Positions 17,094 to 25,448 of a DNA stretch of 64,000 bases are shown here, in pieces (the stretch's first letter is position 1; each line of letters starts with the position of its first letter). Where the stretch lies: the NCBI GenBank assembly GCA_038851755.1, contig JAWCKR010000002.1, positions 55,557 to 119,556 on the forward strand. The letters run 5' to 3'. This DNA comes from Candidatus Hadarchaeales archaeon (GTDB lineage Archaea > Hadarchaeota > Hadarchaeia > Hadarchaeales > WYZ-LMO6). The notes under the pieces were generated by a model. That model saw nothing but the letters and a program-made list of their open reading frames with translations. It was not told the origin of the DNA and did not search any database. The translations under genes and the position numbers were made by a program.

Positions 17094-17621
17094 CTAGAGC
17101 TTCGCGCAAAGGATTTTTATATAGAGCGTCCTGAGGGCCTCATCCGGTAGTTGGAGGATCATCTCCCTCATGACTTTCCTCGTATAAGAGACCAGTCCGA
17201 GGCTGTCGAGGATGCTCACGCAGAAGCCCAGCGGGAGGTACCTCAGCTTTTCCAGGATTCCATCCTTCAGAAGTCCCCTGTTTGCGCAGTCCACCCAGGT
17301 TTGTATCTCGCTCAAGTGGAAGTCCTTTTCATCTTGGGAGCAACGGTAATCCTTTTCTATCGCGGAGATTAGCTTTTTGACGATTTTCTGAAGGGAGTCA
17401 TGATCGAGGTTCGAAAGCCTCTCTCCCAGTCTTTCGTACAGTTTTTCCCTAAGTTTTCCTTCCGAGAGGTCATCCAAGAGTTGTGGGAGACCATTCCATT
17501 TCCTCTTCCACCTTTTCGATTCCTCAACCTCATCCAGCAGTAACTTAAGCATGGCCTCCTTGTGTGGACCTGTTTTCTCCCTTTCAGGTCCTGAGGGAGG
17601 GAGGGATTTCCTTTCTTCCAT
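17094..17621 (-). CDS. Hypothetical helical protein
   Basis: 175-aa ORF from ATG 17621 preceded by GAAGGAGTG; no motif recognised. Confidence 0.6.
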   Translation of the reverse strand: MEERKSLPPSGPEREKTGPHKEAMLKLLLDEVEESKRWKRKWNGLPQLLDDLSEGKLREKLYERLGERLSNLDHDSLQKIVKKLISAIEKDYRCSQDEKDFHLSEIQTWVDCANRGLLKDGILEKLRYLPLGFCVSILDSLGLVSYTRKVMREMILQLPDEALRTLYIKILCAKL

Positions 17622-17721
17622 CACTCCTTCTATCCCGGGGCCTAAAAAAAGATCAATCGGCAATTTTTTTAACTCAAGCCTTTTTTCTTAGAAACCAGAT
17701 AGAAAACTAGAGGTTTAAAAA

Positions 17722-18831
17722 ATGAAGCCAAACAAGATAAAAGAATTTCTTCATCGGCTTTACGAGGCGGACACCGGCAAACGTTCCTCCGTACTCCTGC
17801 TGGGGGGGCAGGGTATGGGAAAGACCACGACTATATGGGAGTTCGCGCAGGAAATGGCAAAAAAGCTCGGGAAGGAGTTCGTGGACTACGACGATACGGA
17901 GGCGGACAGGATTCTCGAGAACCCCGACAGGTTCTTCGTGTTCCACGACCTGCCTTTGGTGGGCGTGGAGCCGATAGACCTGACGGGGCAGCCCAAGCTT
18001 CACAACGGAAGGGTGAGATACCATCCCCTGGAGTGGGCCTACGTGATGTCTAAGTGCCCCGGGGTCCTCTTCCTCGACGACTTCTTGGACACCCAGCGGA
18101 TGGACGTGATGTCGGCGGCCTACCGCATCTTCCTGCAGAGGCGGGTGGGCTACCTCTATCTGCATCCTGGGGTTCAGGTGGTGGCGGCCAGCAACACGCC
18201 CGAGTTCTCGACGCTGTCGCAGATGATGCCCGCGCCCCTTGCCAACAGGCCCATCATCATAAGGGTGTCCCCGCCCACGCCTGAGGAATGGGCGGATTGG
18301 ATGGACAGCAACTACGGAGATGAGTGGGACAGGAGGGTCTTCGCCTTCCTGAAGAGGTTCGAGAGGGAGGGTTATCTCTTCAGGCCCCCAAAGGAGGCGG
18401 AAACCCTAGAGCAGCACCCGACCCCTAGGAGTTGGACGAAGCTGGCGACGTTGCTGAAGAAGGGTATAGTCTCGAGCAGGGAGGAAATGGCAGGCGTCAT
18501 AGGGGAGGAAATGGCCACCATGTTCGGCGCTTTCCTCAGGGTTCGCATAGACCTAGAGGAGCTGAAGAGGAATCCGGAGAAGTTCAGGATACTGAGCCTA
18601 GACGGCAAGTACATGGCGGTGATAATGCTGGCTTCCCAAGACTTCGAGGAGTACAGGAAGGTCATAGAGGAGGTGATGAGTGATAGCCGCGAATGGATAG
18701 TACTTCTGGCAACCTCCCTGAGGGGGAAGAAGAGGGAAAAGTTCCTGAACTTCTTGGCAGTCCATTATCCCGATTTCCTAGAGCTTTTGGAGAAGGTGGT
18801 TCTCGAGAAGCAAAAACTTCTAGAAGGCTGA
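17722..18831 (+). CDS. MoxR-like AAA+ ATPase
   Basis: GGQGMGKT, DLTGQP, LFLDD, VVAASN, PLANR and PTPRSW motifs. Confidence 0.88.
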   Translation: MKPNKIKEFLHRLYEADTGKRSSVLLLGGQGMGKTTTIWEFAQEMAKKLGKEFVDYDDTEADRILENPDRFFVFHDLPLVGVEPIDLTGQPKLHNGRVRYHPLEWAYVMSKCPGVLFLDDFLDTQRMDVMSAAYRIFLQRRVGYLYLHPGVQVVAASNTPEFSTLSQMMPAPLANRPIIIRVSPPTPEEWADWMDSNYGDEWDRRVFAFLKRFEREGYLFRPPKEAETLEQHPTPRSWTKLATLLKKGIVSSREEMAGVIGEEMATMFGAFLRVRIDLEELKRNPEKFRILSLDGKYMAVIMLASQDFEEYRKVIEEVMSDSREWIVLLATSLRGKKREKFLNFLAVHYPDFLELLEKVVLEKQKLLEG

Positions 18832-18968
18832 GGGAGGCTAAGCCACCCGAGCGCCCGATGCTCGTGCGGAGAAGTGAGAGGTTGGAGATTTCCCTGAAGT
18901 ATCTTCTGTGAGGCTAGAGCGATGGCCGAAGCAAAGGGAAAGGTCTTCCTAGGGGAATAGTTTCAGAT

Positions 18969-19319
18969 TCACTTCCCTCCGGGAGGGGCTCCTTTTCCGG
19001 TTTTCTCGGGTCCCTCTTCGCCCCCGCGTTTTCCCCTAGCTTTCTCCGCGAGTTCATGCGCTTTCTCGGCCAGCGTGGAGTATCTTTCAAAGGCTTCTTT
19101 GTCCCTGCCCATTGCAAAGGCAAAGGCAGGCTGTACCACATTTAGGAGGTCCGATCCCTTGAGCCTCATCACGGGAATGGAGTGTCCCGCATGGGCCCCC
19201 TCTATCACTTCCACCTGTTCGTACTCCGCACCGCAGTGAGGACATTTCATTGGTGGTTCATCTAGGTTCACGATTTTCGACTTCCCGCAGCCAACGCATT
19301 CCCAGAACCCATCGGTCAT
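18969..19319 (-). CDS. Small Zn-ribbon hypothetical protein
   Basis: WECVGCG...KCPHCG; ATG at 19319. Confidence 0.55.
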   Translation of the reverse strand: MTDGFWECVGCGKSKIVNLDEPPMKCPHCGAEYEQVEVIEGAHAGHSIPVMRLKGSDLLNVVQPAFAFAMGRDKEAFERYSTLAEKAHELAEKARGKRGGEEGPEKTGKGAPPGGK

Positions 19320-19406
19320 GCTATTCCTTCCGGCGCCTACCTGCACTTAAAACTTGGAGAAAAATCTTTCCCCCCTGGAAACTCGTGGGTGAGAGGATGC
19401 GGGGCT

Positions 19407-19838
19407 TTAAAGGGCTGAGGCCAAGGCCCTCAGGTAATATGTTTTGGGCATCCTTTCCTTAATCCTCTTGAGCACAATCGCCGTGGCCTTGGAATCCGCG
19501 TTTTCCCTTATCCAAGCCAGCAGGATCCTCGGTGGTCTGTCCCTTTCCCCAGCCAGCCATTTGAGGATGGATTTCCCCCATCTTGTATACCCCACCCGCT
19601 CAGCACTTTCGAGCTCTTCACAGTCCCTTGAGGAGCGTAGGGCCATGAAGAGATAGGGGCTGGAGAGTTCCTTTCCCTCCAGCCTGTGGTGGAGGGGACA
19701 GTACCACCAGACGGACATGGATCGGGCCTTCTGGAAGATGGCATTCGGGGGAACGTTTCCTTCCCCGAACGAGGAGCCTATTTCCTTCCCGTCCCACCAG
19801 ACGTATGTCCCTTCCCACCACACCATGAGGTACTGCAT
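19407..19838 (-). CDS. Hypothetical Trp-rich protein
   Basis: 143-aa ATG-started ORF; no family recognised. Confidence 0.5.
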   Translation of the reverse strand: MQYLMVWWEGTYVWWDGKEIGSSFGEGNVPPNAIFQKARSMSVWWYCPLHHRLEGKELSSPYLFMALRSSRDCEELESAERVGYTRWGKSILKWLAGERDRPPRILLAWIRENADSKATAIVLKRIKERMPKTYYLRALASAL

Positions 19839-20326
19839 ATTTAGTGGGTTTCCTTCGGGGTTTTTATGCGGAGGGTGATTTTAATTACCCTTTGTAGGCC
19901 GAACCTTTCTTCAGGAGGTAAAGGGCATGGTGGCAGGAGTTTCCTCGGTGGAAACTGGTCCACTCCTCGTTGGTGGACCTCTCATGAGCCACGATTAATC
20001 CTTTTCGCTCGTGGGAACTTTCAGCTAAATCGATTTTGGAGCCTTTTTTCGGGCCAGGTTTCAGCTCTTCTGGAAGACTAAGTGTCTTTATTCTGCATCT
20101 TTTTTCTAAGTTTCAATACTTCTTCTTTATTCGTATTTTCCCACTTTTAGCAAATTTTGCTTTGAATCAAGTGTTTTATTACATAATCAACTACTTAAAG
20201 AACTATTTTCAAATTTATAGAAATAATAAGTCTCCTAGTATAAATTAGAGAAAAAATTCGGCTAAAAACTTTAGAAGGGGTAAAAAAATTTCCCCAAAAC
20301 TCAAATATGGGCGGATATAGCGTATT

Positions 20327-21643
20327 TTGATGATGGCTCAAAAGCGGGAGGATGGTTTCGCACAGGCCCGGTTGGCTGACCTCAAAGGTTTTCCGCACCT
20401 CGCAGAGGAGGTGAAGAAACTGGTGGACTTCCTCAAAGAGGAGAGGGGGAAAAGGTCTGCGGGAATCCTCCTCTACGGACCCCCGGGCACGGGAAAAACC
20501 TTGACCAGTAGAATCCTGGCTACCGAGGCGGGGGCCTTTTGGTTGGATGCCACCTCCCTCCCGAGAGAGGGGGAGTGGAAAGGGGAAGACGTGAAGGCCC
20601 TCTTCTCCAAGGCCCGTGCACTAAGCAGGAGGGGGAGGCTCGTGCTGGTTCATTTGGAGGAGTTGCAAGAAATAGATGAACGCTTCGATGCTTCCGTGTC
20701 TCTCTCCTGCGAGCTCGACCGTATCGTGCAAAGGAAGGAGAAAATCTTCGTGGTGGCCACGACTAACGATCTCTTCAAGTGCGATCAGCGCCTCCTGCGC
20801 CCCGGCAGGCTTTATCCCCATCTGGGGTACACCTTTCCCTCCCCCCAGGGGAGGAAGGAAATCTTGGAGCATTATCTCTCCAAAAAGCCCCACGAGCCCT
20901 TGGACACGGCGAGCTTGGCCCAGCTTTTCCCCTCATATACCTCTCCTGCTGCCATCGAGAGGCTGGTGGAGGACAGCTACTTAGAGGCCCTCATAAGGGG
21001 GGGAAGAAAAATAACTGAAAGGGATTTGGTCAAGAAGCTCTTGAAGCTGGTGTTAGGAGCTCCAGAGAAGGAATGGAACTCGGAACAAGAGAGGAAGATA
21101 GCCTGCGTTCACGAGGCCGGACACGCAGTTGTGGCCGTGGAGCTGGGTGTTCCCGTGAAAATAGTGGCTGTTCCTTTAAGGGGGTACAGCAGGGGAATTA
21201 CTCTCACGAATCTGGAGGACGGCATCCGTTCAACGAAGTTGATGGAGGACGAGATCACTATCTGCTATGGCGGTGAGATAGCCGAAGAGTTCCTTTGCGG
21301 GGAGAGATGCTTGGGAAGAAATGACCTGGACACGGGTAAGGCCACCGCTCTTGCCTTCAGGCTGGAGGCCGAGTGGGGGAAGGAAAGGAACTATTACGAC
21401 TTCCACTTCTGTGATCCCACTTTCTCACGCTTGGAGAAAATCTTTTTTCCCCTTCCACAAGAAAAACTCTCAAAAATCTACGAAAAGGTCGAGGCCATAA
21501 TGAGGGCCTGTAGGAAGAGGGCGCTGAGGATTCTGCGGACCTACGGCAAAAGGGAGCTGAAGCGCATGGCGGGGCTCATCTACGAGAGGGAGTTCTTGCT
21601 GGGGGAGGAAGTGCGGAAGGCGGTGAAGGGGGCAGGAGCGTGA
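20327..21643 (+). CDS. Soluble FtsH-like AAA+ ATPase / M41 zinc protease
   Basis: GILLYGPPGTGKT, ATTN...DQRLLRPGRL SRH, HEAGHAVVA and GGEIAEE; no TM segment. Confidence 0.85.
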   Translation: MMMAQKREDGFAQARLADLKGFPHLAEEVKKLVDFLKEERGKRSAGILLYGPPGTGKTLTSRILATEAGAFWLDATSLPREGEWKGEDVKALFSKARALSRRGRLVLVHLEELQEIDERFDASVSLSCELDRIVQRKEKIFVVATTNDLFKCDQRLLRPGRLYPHLGYTFPSPQGRKEILEHYLSKKPHEPLDTASLAQLFPSYTSPAAIERLVEDSYLEALIRGGRKITERDLVKKLLKLVLGAPEKEWNSEQERKIACVHEAGHAVVAVELGVPVKIVAVPLRGYSRGITLTNLEDGIRSTKLMEDEITICYGGEIAEEFLCGERCLGRNDLDTGKATALAFRLEAEWGKERNYYDFHFCDPTFSRLEKIFFPLPQEKLSKIYEKVEAIMRACRKRALRILRTYGKRELKRMAGLIYEREFLLGEEVRKAVKGAGA

Positions 21644-21966
21644 TGGGAACATGTGAAGGAAAATATCTGCATCCTCTCTATTATGCCTTGCTCCTCCTCA
21701 AGGAGATGAGGGAGAGGGGGGCCCTCAGCCTTTACCGCTTGATGAGGTTGCTGCCCACCTGCCAGAACAGGAGGAGGATGAGGGACCTGGTCGGCCGGAT
21801 GGAGGAGATGGGGTGGGTGGAGAAGGAGATGAGTAGGTGGTTGTGTTACCGTCTAACCGCCACAGGTCTGGAGTTTCTTAGGAGGGCAGAGGAGCTCGAT
21901 TTGGAAGGGATGTTTCTTCGTTTCCGATCTTTGGGGAAAGGAGCTGCTGGGGTCGAGGGTGAGTGA
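21640..21966 (+). CDS. Winged-helix DNA-binding protein
   Basis: LSLYRLMR...LVGRMEEMGWVEK...YRLTATGLEFL; GTGA overlap with the FtsH-like gene. Confidence 0.75.
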   Translation: MMGTCEGKYLHPLYYALLLLKEMRERGALSLYRLMRLLPTCQNRRRMRDLVGRMEEMGWVEKEMSRWLCYRLTATGLEFLRRAEELDLEGMFLRFRSLGKGAAGVEGE

Positions 21967-22114
21967 TTCTGCGGGAAGTGGTTGAGTTAACATCCGCCTG
22001 ACTTCTTTTGGTGTCACGTTCTTTTCCCATTTTCTTTTTTCCTTAGGTATTAAGCGTTTGCGCTCAACCTCTGGGCTTATTAGTACTCTAATTGAGGAAT
22101 CGGGTCTGGTGAGA

Positions 22115-22921
22115 TTAAACATCTTTTACTTTTATTCCAAAGAGACCGAAAACATTTCTCATTCTTTCTTCCCATTTTATTGCATGATTTCCGTTATAGT
22201 AAGCGCATCTGCCCTCGTAATTTTTTAGGAAATCAGGGTCTAACTTTTTCAGTGTGCAGTAGGCTTTTTTCCATTGAAAAATAATTTTGTCAGGTTTTAG
22301 CATTTCAATTTGCCTTTTGGTGAATTTTTCATAACATTTTCTTGCCAGCTCTGGGTTTTCGTAAACATTAAAGTTTTCTTTCCCTCCTTCTTTTTTGATA
22401 ACGCATCTACACTTGAAGAGGTTTATGTATGCTACCTTTTTGAGGTTGAGGAGATTAAGAAGATTACTAGCGCTTTCCTTCTCCAATCTTTTTTCAATTC
22501 TTTTTTTCTGGGTTTCGCTTAAAAGAATTTCTCCCCACTTGGGAATATATCTCTCGCAGAATTCCATCGCATCATCGAATTTTTTCATGGATTGGTCACT
22601 GTTTTTTTCCCATTCCTCTACAAATTTTTTAAATATCTCGAACATTTTCATGTCCTCCTCGATATATTTGATATCAAAAGCTGATGGAGCCCCACCTATA
22701 ATCAGTATCTTCTGGCCTTTTCCATAATCACTTCCTAAGTATCCTCCCCAGGGTTTGAAATATTCTCCCTTTTCGGGATGTTTGGGGGAACCTTTTTCCA
22801 GACTTATAGAGCCCTTCCTTAGATTTTTTAAATTTCCTTCACATTCTTCATCCTTGCATTTCCATATTTCTACCAAAAGTTTTGCGAATTCCTTTCTTAT
22901 ATGGTCATATTCGTTTTCCAT
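22115..22921 (-). CDS. Uracil-DNA glycosylase superfamily-like protein (very AT-rich)
   Basis: ILIIGGAPS, AYINLFKCR and C...FTKRQIEMLKPDKII follow the UDG-fold pattern. Confidence 0.65.
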   Translation of the reverse strand: MENEYDHIRKEFAKLLVEIWKCKDEECEGNLKNLRKGSISLEKGSPKHPEKGEYFKPWGGYLGSDYGKGQKILIIGGAPSAFDIKYIEEDMKMFEIFKKFVEEWEKNSDQSMKKFDDAMEFCERYIPKWGEILLSETQKKRIEKRLEKESASNLLNLLNLKKVAYINLFKCRCVIKKEGGKENFNVYENPELARKCYEKFTKRQIEMLKPDKIIFQWKKAYCTLKKLDPDFLKNYEGRCAYYNGNHAIKWEERMRNVFGLFGIKVKDV

Positions 22922-23515
22922 TTGACTACGCGAAGAATGGAAGTTGGCTGAGAATATAAATTTTTTTGCTTCCTTGAAGGAAGGGGCAAAGCTTGAAATG
23001 GAAGTAGATCATCCCACGCGGGACGTGGCTCCGTTATCTTGGGCGACATGGCAAGGAGGGGTAAGGCTGGAGTCAAGGCCGTTTACTGGGCCATGTAAAT
23101 CTTCGGGGGTTCTCAATCTTTCCCTCAACCTCCAAAAACCTCAGGGATTTTGGATAAGCCTTCGAGAGGATTTCCAGTAGAATCCACCCGACAGTTGTTC
23201 TTGTCCTGCCCCGCGATGATAGTTTCCAGCAGGAGGAGCCGAGGTCGTTGGCTTTCCGCTTTCTGGAAGCCTAGCCTTGGGTTTCCCGTATGGGTCTATC
23301 ATCGTGGTGTTGATGTTGTCGTCGAATAATGCGTTTAGGGGGCTTTCGACCCCGCTTTATTTTTCCAGTAATGAATGACAATCCCTTACCGGTTTTTGGT
23401 GCCTCAAGAAATTCGCCTGTTTTCCCTTTCATCCTTAGTAACGGTCGATTTGGGGTTTAGATTTCTTGGTGATTTCTTCAAATCCAGCACCAATGCCTTT
23501 CTGAAATCGAGGTGA

Positions 23516-23592
23516 TGGCGGGCCGGACGGGATTCGAACCCGTGTTCCAGGCTCCGGAGGCCTGTGTCTTATCCTGGCTGGACCACCGGCCC
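23516..23592 (-). tRNA. tRNA-Arg(CCG), CCA encoded
   Basis: GGGCCGG...CAGGC-CTCCGGA-GCCTG...GTTCGAATC...CCGGCCCGCCA. Confidence 0.95.
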
Positions 23593-23629
23593 AGAGAAAA
23601 TAAAGAAAGAAAAAAATAAAGGGAAGGGT

Positions 23630-24004
23630 TTACTTTTCTGGTTTCTTCACCAGCATGGCGATTAGGGCCAGGATGGCGCCTATCAGCAGCAAGTAGGCAC
23701 CGTAGCCCAGGTCCGCCGCGCCCTCGTTCAAAATTACTCCCACTGCCGAGGCCCCCGCCAGCACGGTGAAGGTGCCCATCAGGGCTTCCACGATTTCTTG
23801 GGATTTGATCATTAAGACGAGGCAGGTCAGAATCACGATTATTCCAGCTCCCAGAAGGAGGTACGGTGCCATTATGTCGGCATCTTGAGCCAGATCCCAT
23901 CCCGAGGTGTCTCCCAGGGGCGAGGTGTACCAGGTGGTAAAGACGCTCACGGTCACCAGTATGCCGCCTATCAGGCCCAGAATCGCCGCCACTTTTCGGT
24001 CCAG
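23630..24004 (-). CDS. Small multi-pass membrane protein
   Basis: About four hydrophobic segments; SD GGAGGTGA followed by CTG at 24004 (alternative GTG at 23992). Confidence 0.75.
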   Translation of the reverse strand: MDRKVAAILGLIGGILVTVSVFTTWYTSPLGDTSGWDLAQDADIMAPYLLLGAGIIVILTCLVLMIKSQEIVEALMGTFTVLAGASAVGVILNEGAADLGYGAYLLLIGAILALIAMLVKKPEK

Positions 24005-24066
24005 ATTTTCACCTCCAATTGGAGTTTAAAAAGGGGGTTTATAAAGGCGATGCTCGGGAAGGCTGA

Positions 24067-24159
<93 letters not shown>

Positions 24160-24238
24160 TTTCAACTTCTCTCCTTCTCGGTTTTGAACTTTCACACAGG
24201 TCTTTTTATTCCTTGAACCACCGTTTTTTCTGAGGGCT

Positions 24239-25444
24239 TTGAAGGCTCTTATGGTGGTTTGCGACGGGCTGGCTGACCGCCCCCTGAAGGGCTGGGGACT
24301 TACCCCCCTGGAGAAGGCCGAGACCCCCCACATGGACGAGCTGGCGGCCGAAGGGATATGCGGCATGATGGACCCCATCGCGGCAGGCGTCACCCCCGGG
24401 AGTGACACCGCCCACCTCTCCCTCCTCGGTTACGATCCTTTCAAGGACTACTGCAAGAGGGGCCCCCTGGAGGCGGCGGGCGCGGGCATCCCCCTGAAAG
24501 AGGGTGACCTGGCCTTCAGGGTGAACCTGGCCACGGTGGACGGTAATCTCATCGTGCAGGACAGGAGGGCCGGGCGCATCAGGGATGGCAAGGAGCTGGA
24601 GCGGCTGTTGCAGGGGATAGAGGTGGAGGGAGTGAAGATTTTCTTCAAGAGCACCACCTCGCACAGGGCCGCCCTGGTGCTGAGGGGAAAGGGCCTCTCG
24701 GCGGGGGTCTCCACCAACGATCCCTACCGCACCGGGGTAAAGGTGGAAAAGATCAGGCCTCTGGACGCGAAGGCGAGGAAGACGGCCAGGGTGCTCAACG
24801 AGTTCATAGAAAGGGCCCACGAGCTGCTGGAGAGCGCCCCCCTGAACCTCAAGAGGAGGGAACAGGGGCTTCCCCCGGCCAACTATCTGCTGGTGAGGGG
24901 AGGTGGTATAGTACCCTCGCTGGTTCCCTTCGAAAAGAAGTTCCCCCTGAAAGGCGCCTGCGTGGCGGCCTCCGCCCTCGTGGTGGGTATCTGCAGGCTG
25001 GTGGGGATGGAGGTAGGGGAAGTGCCAACCTCGACCACCGGGGCGGACACGGACCTGGTGGCGGAGGGCAGGGAGGTGGAAAGGATGCTGGAGAAGAAGG
25101 ATTTTGTCCTCTACTCCGTGAAGGGCTTTGACGAGCTGAGCCACGACGGCCAAGCGGAGCGGAAGGTTGAGTTCATAGAGCGTTTCGACGAGCATCTCCA
25201 GCGCCTGAAGGGGAAGGCGGATTTCATCGTCCTCACGGCCGACCACACCACACCCGTGGAGGTGAGGGAGCACACGGCGGACCCCGTGCCCGTGGTGATA
25301 GCCGGTCCCGGTGTGCGCACGGACGATGTGAGGAGCTTCGGGGAAAGGTCCTGCGCGAAGGGGGGGCTGGGAAGGATAAAGGGGCTGGAACTCCTACCCA
25401 TTCTCGTGGACCTGATGGGGAAGTCCAAGAAGTTCGGGGCCTGA
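24239..25444 (+). CDS. apgM: 2,3-bisphosphoglycerate-independent phosphoglycerate mutase (archaeal)
   Basis: DGLADRP, TPLE, PGSDTAHLSLLGYDP and TADHTTP. Confidence 0.95.
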   Translation: MKALMVVCDGLADRPLKGWGLTPLEKAETPHMDELAAEGICGMMDPIAAGVTPGSDTAHLSLLGYDPFKDYCKRGPLEAAGAGIPLKEGDLAFRVNLATVDGNLIVQDRRAGRIRDGKELERLLQGIEVEGVKIFFKSTTSHRAALVLRGKGLSAGVSTNDPYRTGVKVEKIRPLDAKARKTARVLNEFIERAHELLESAPLNLKRREQGLPPANYLLVRGGGIVPSLVPFEKKFPLKGACVAASALVVGICRLVGMEVGEVPTSTTGADTDLVAEGREVERMLEKKDFVLYSVKGFDELSHDGQAERKVEFIERFDEHLQRLKGKADFIVLTADHTTPVEVREHTADPVPVVIAGPGVRTDDVRSFGERSCAKGGLGRIKGLELLPILVDLMGKSKKFGA

Positions 25445-25448
25445 GCGC

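Larger units (their letters stand above)
13780..23515. mobile_element. Lower-GC accessory island abutting the 3' end of tRNA-Arg(CCG); no integrase seen
   Basis: Visible compositional shift, orphan ORFs, gene relics, tRNA boundary; left boundary approximate. Confidence 0.6.

Noticed and set aside
22944-23180. 78-aa ORF near the island's right end as an integrase fragment
   Set aside because: No tyrosine- or serine-recombinase motif is recognisable in it.
23391-23415. Similarity to CRISPR spacer 1 (TTTTGGTGCC) and to the repeat core (GGTGCCTC)
   Set aside because: Only 8-10 nt match, which is expected by chance in 64 kb; not evidence of self-targeting.
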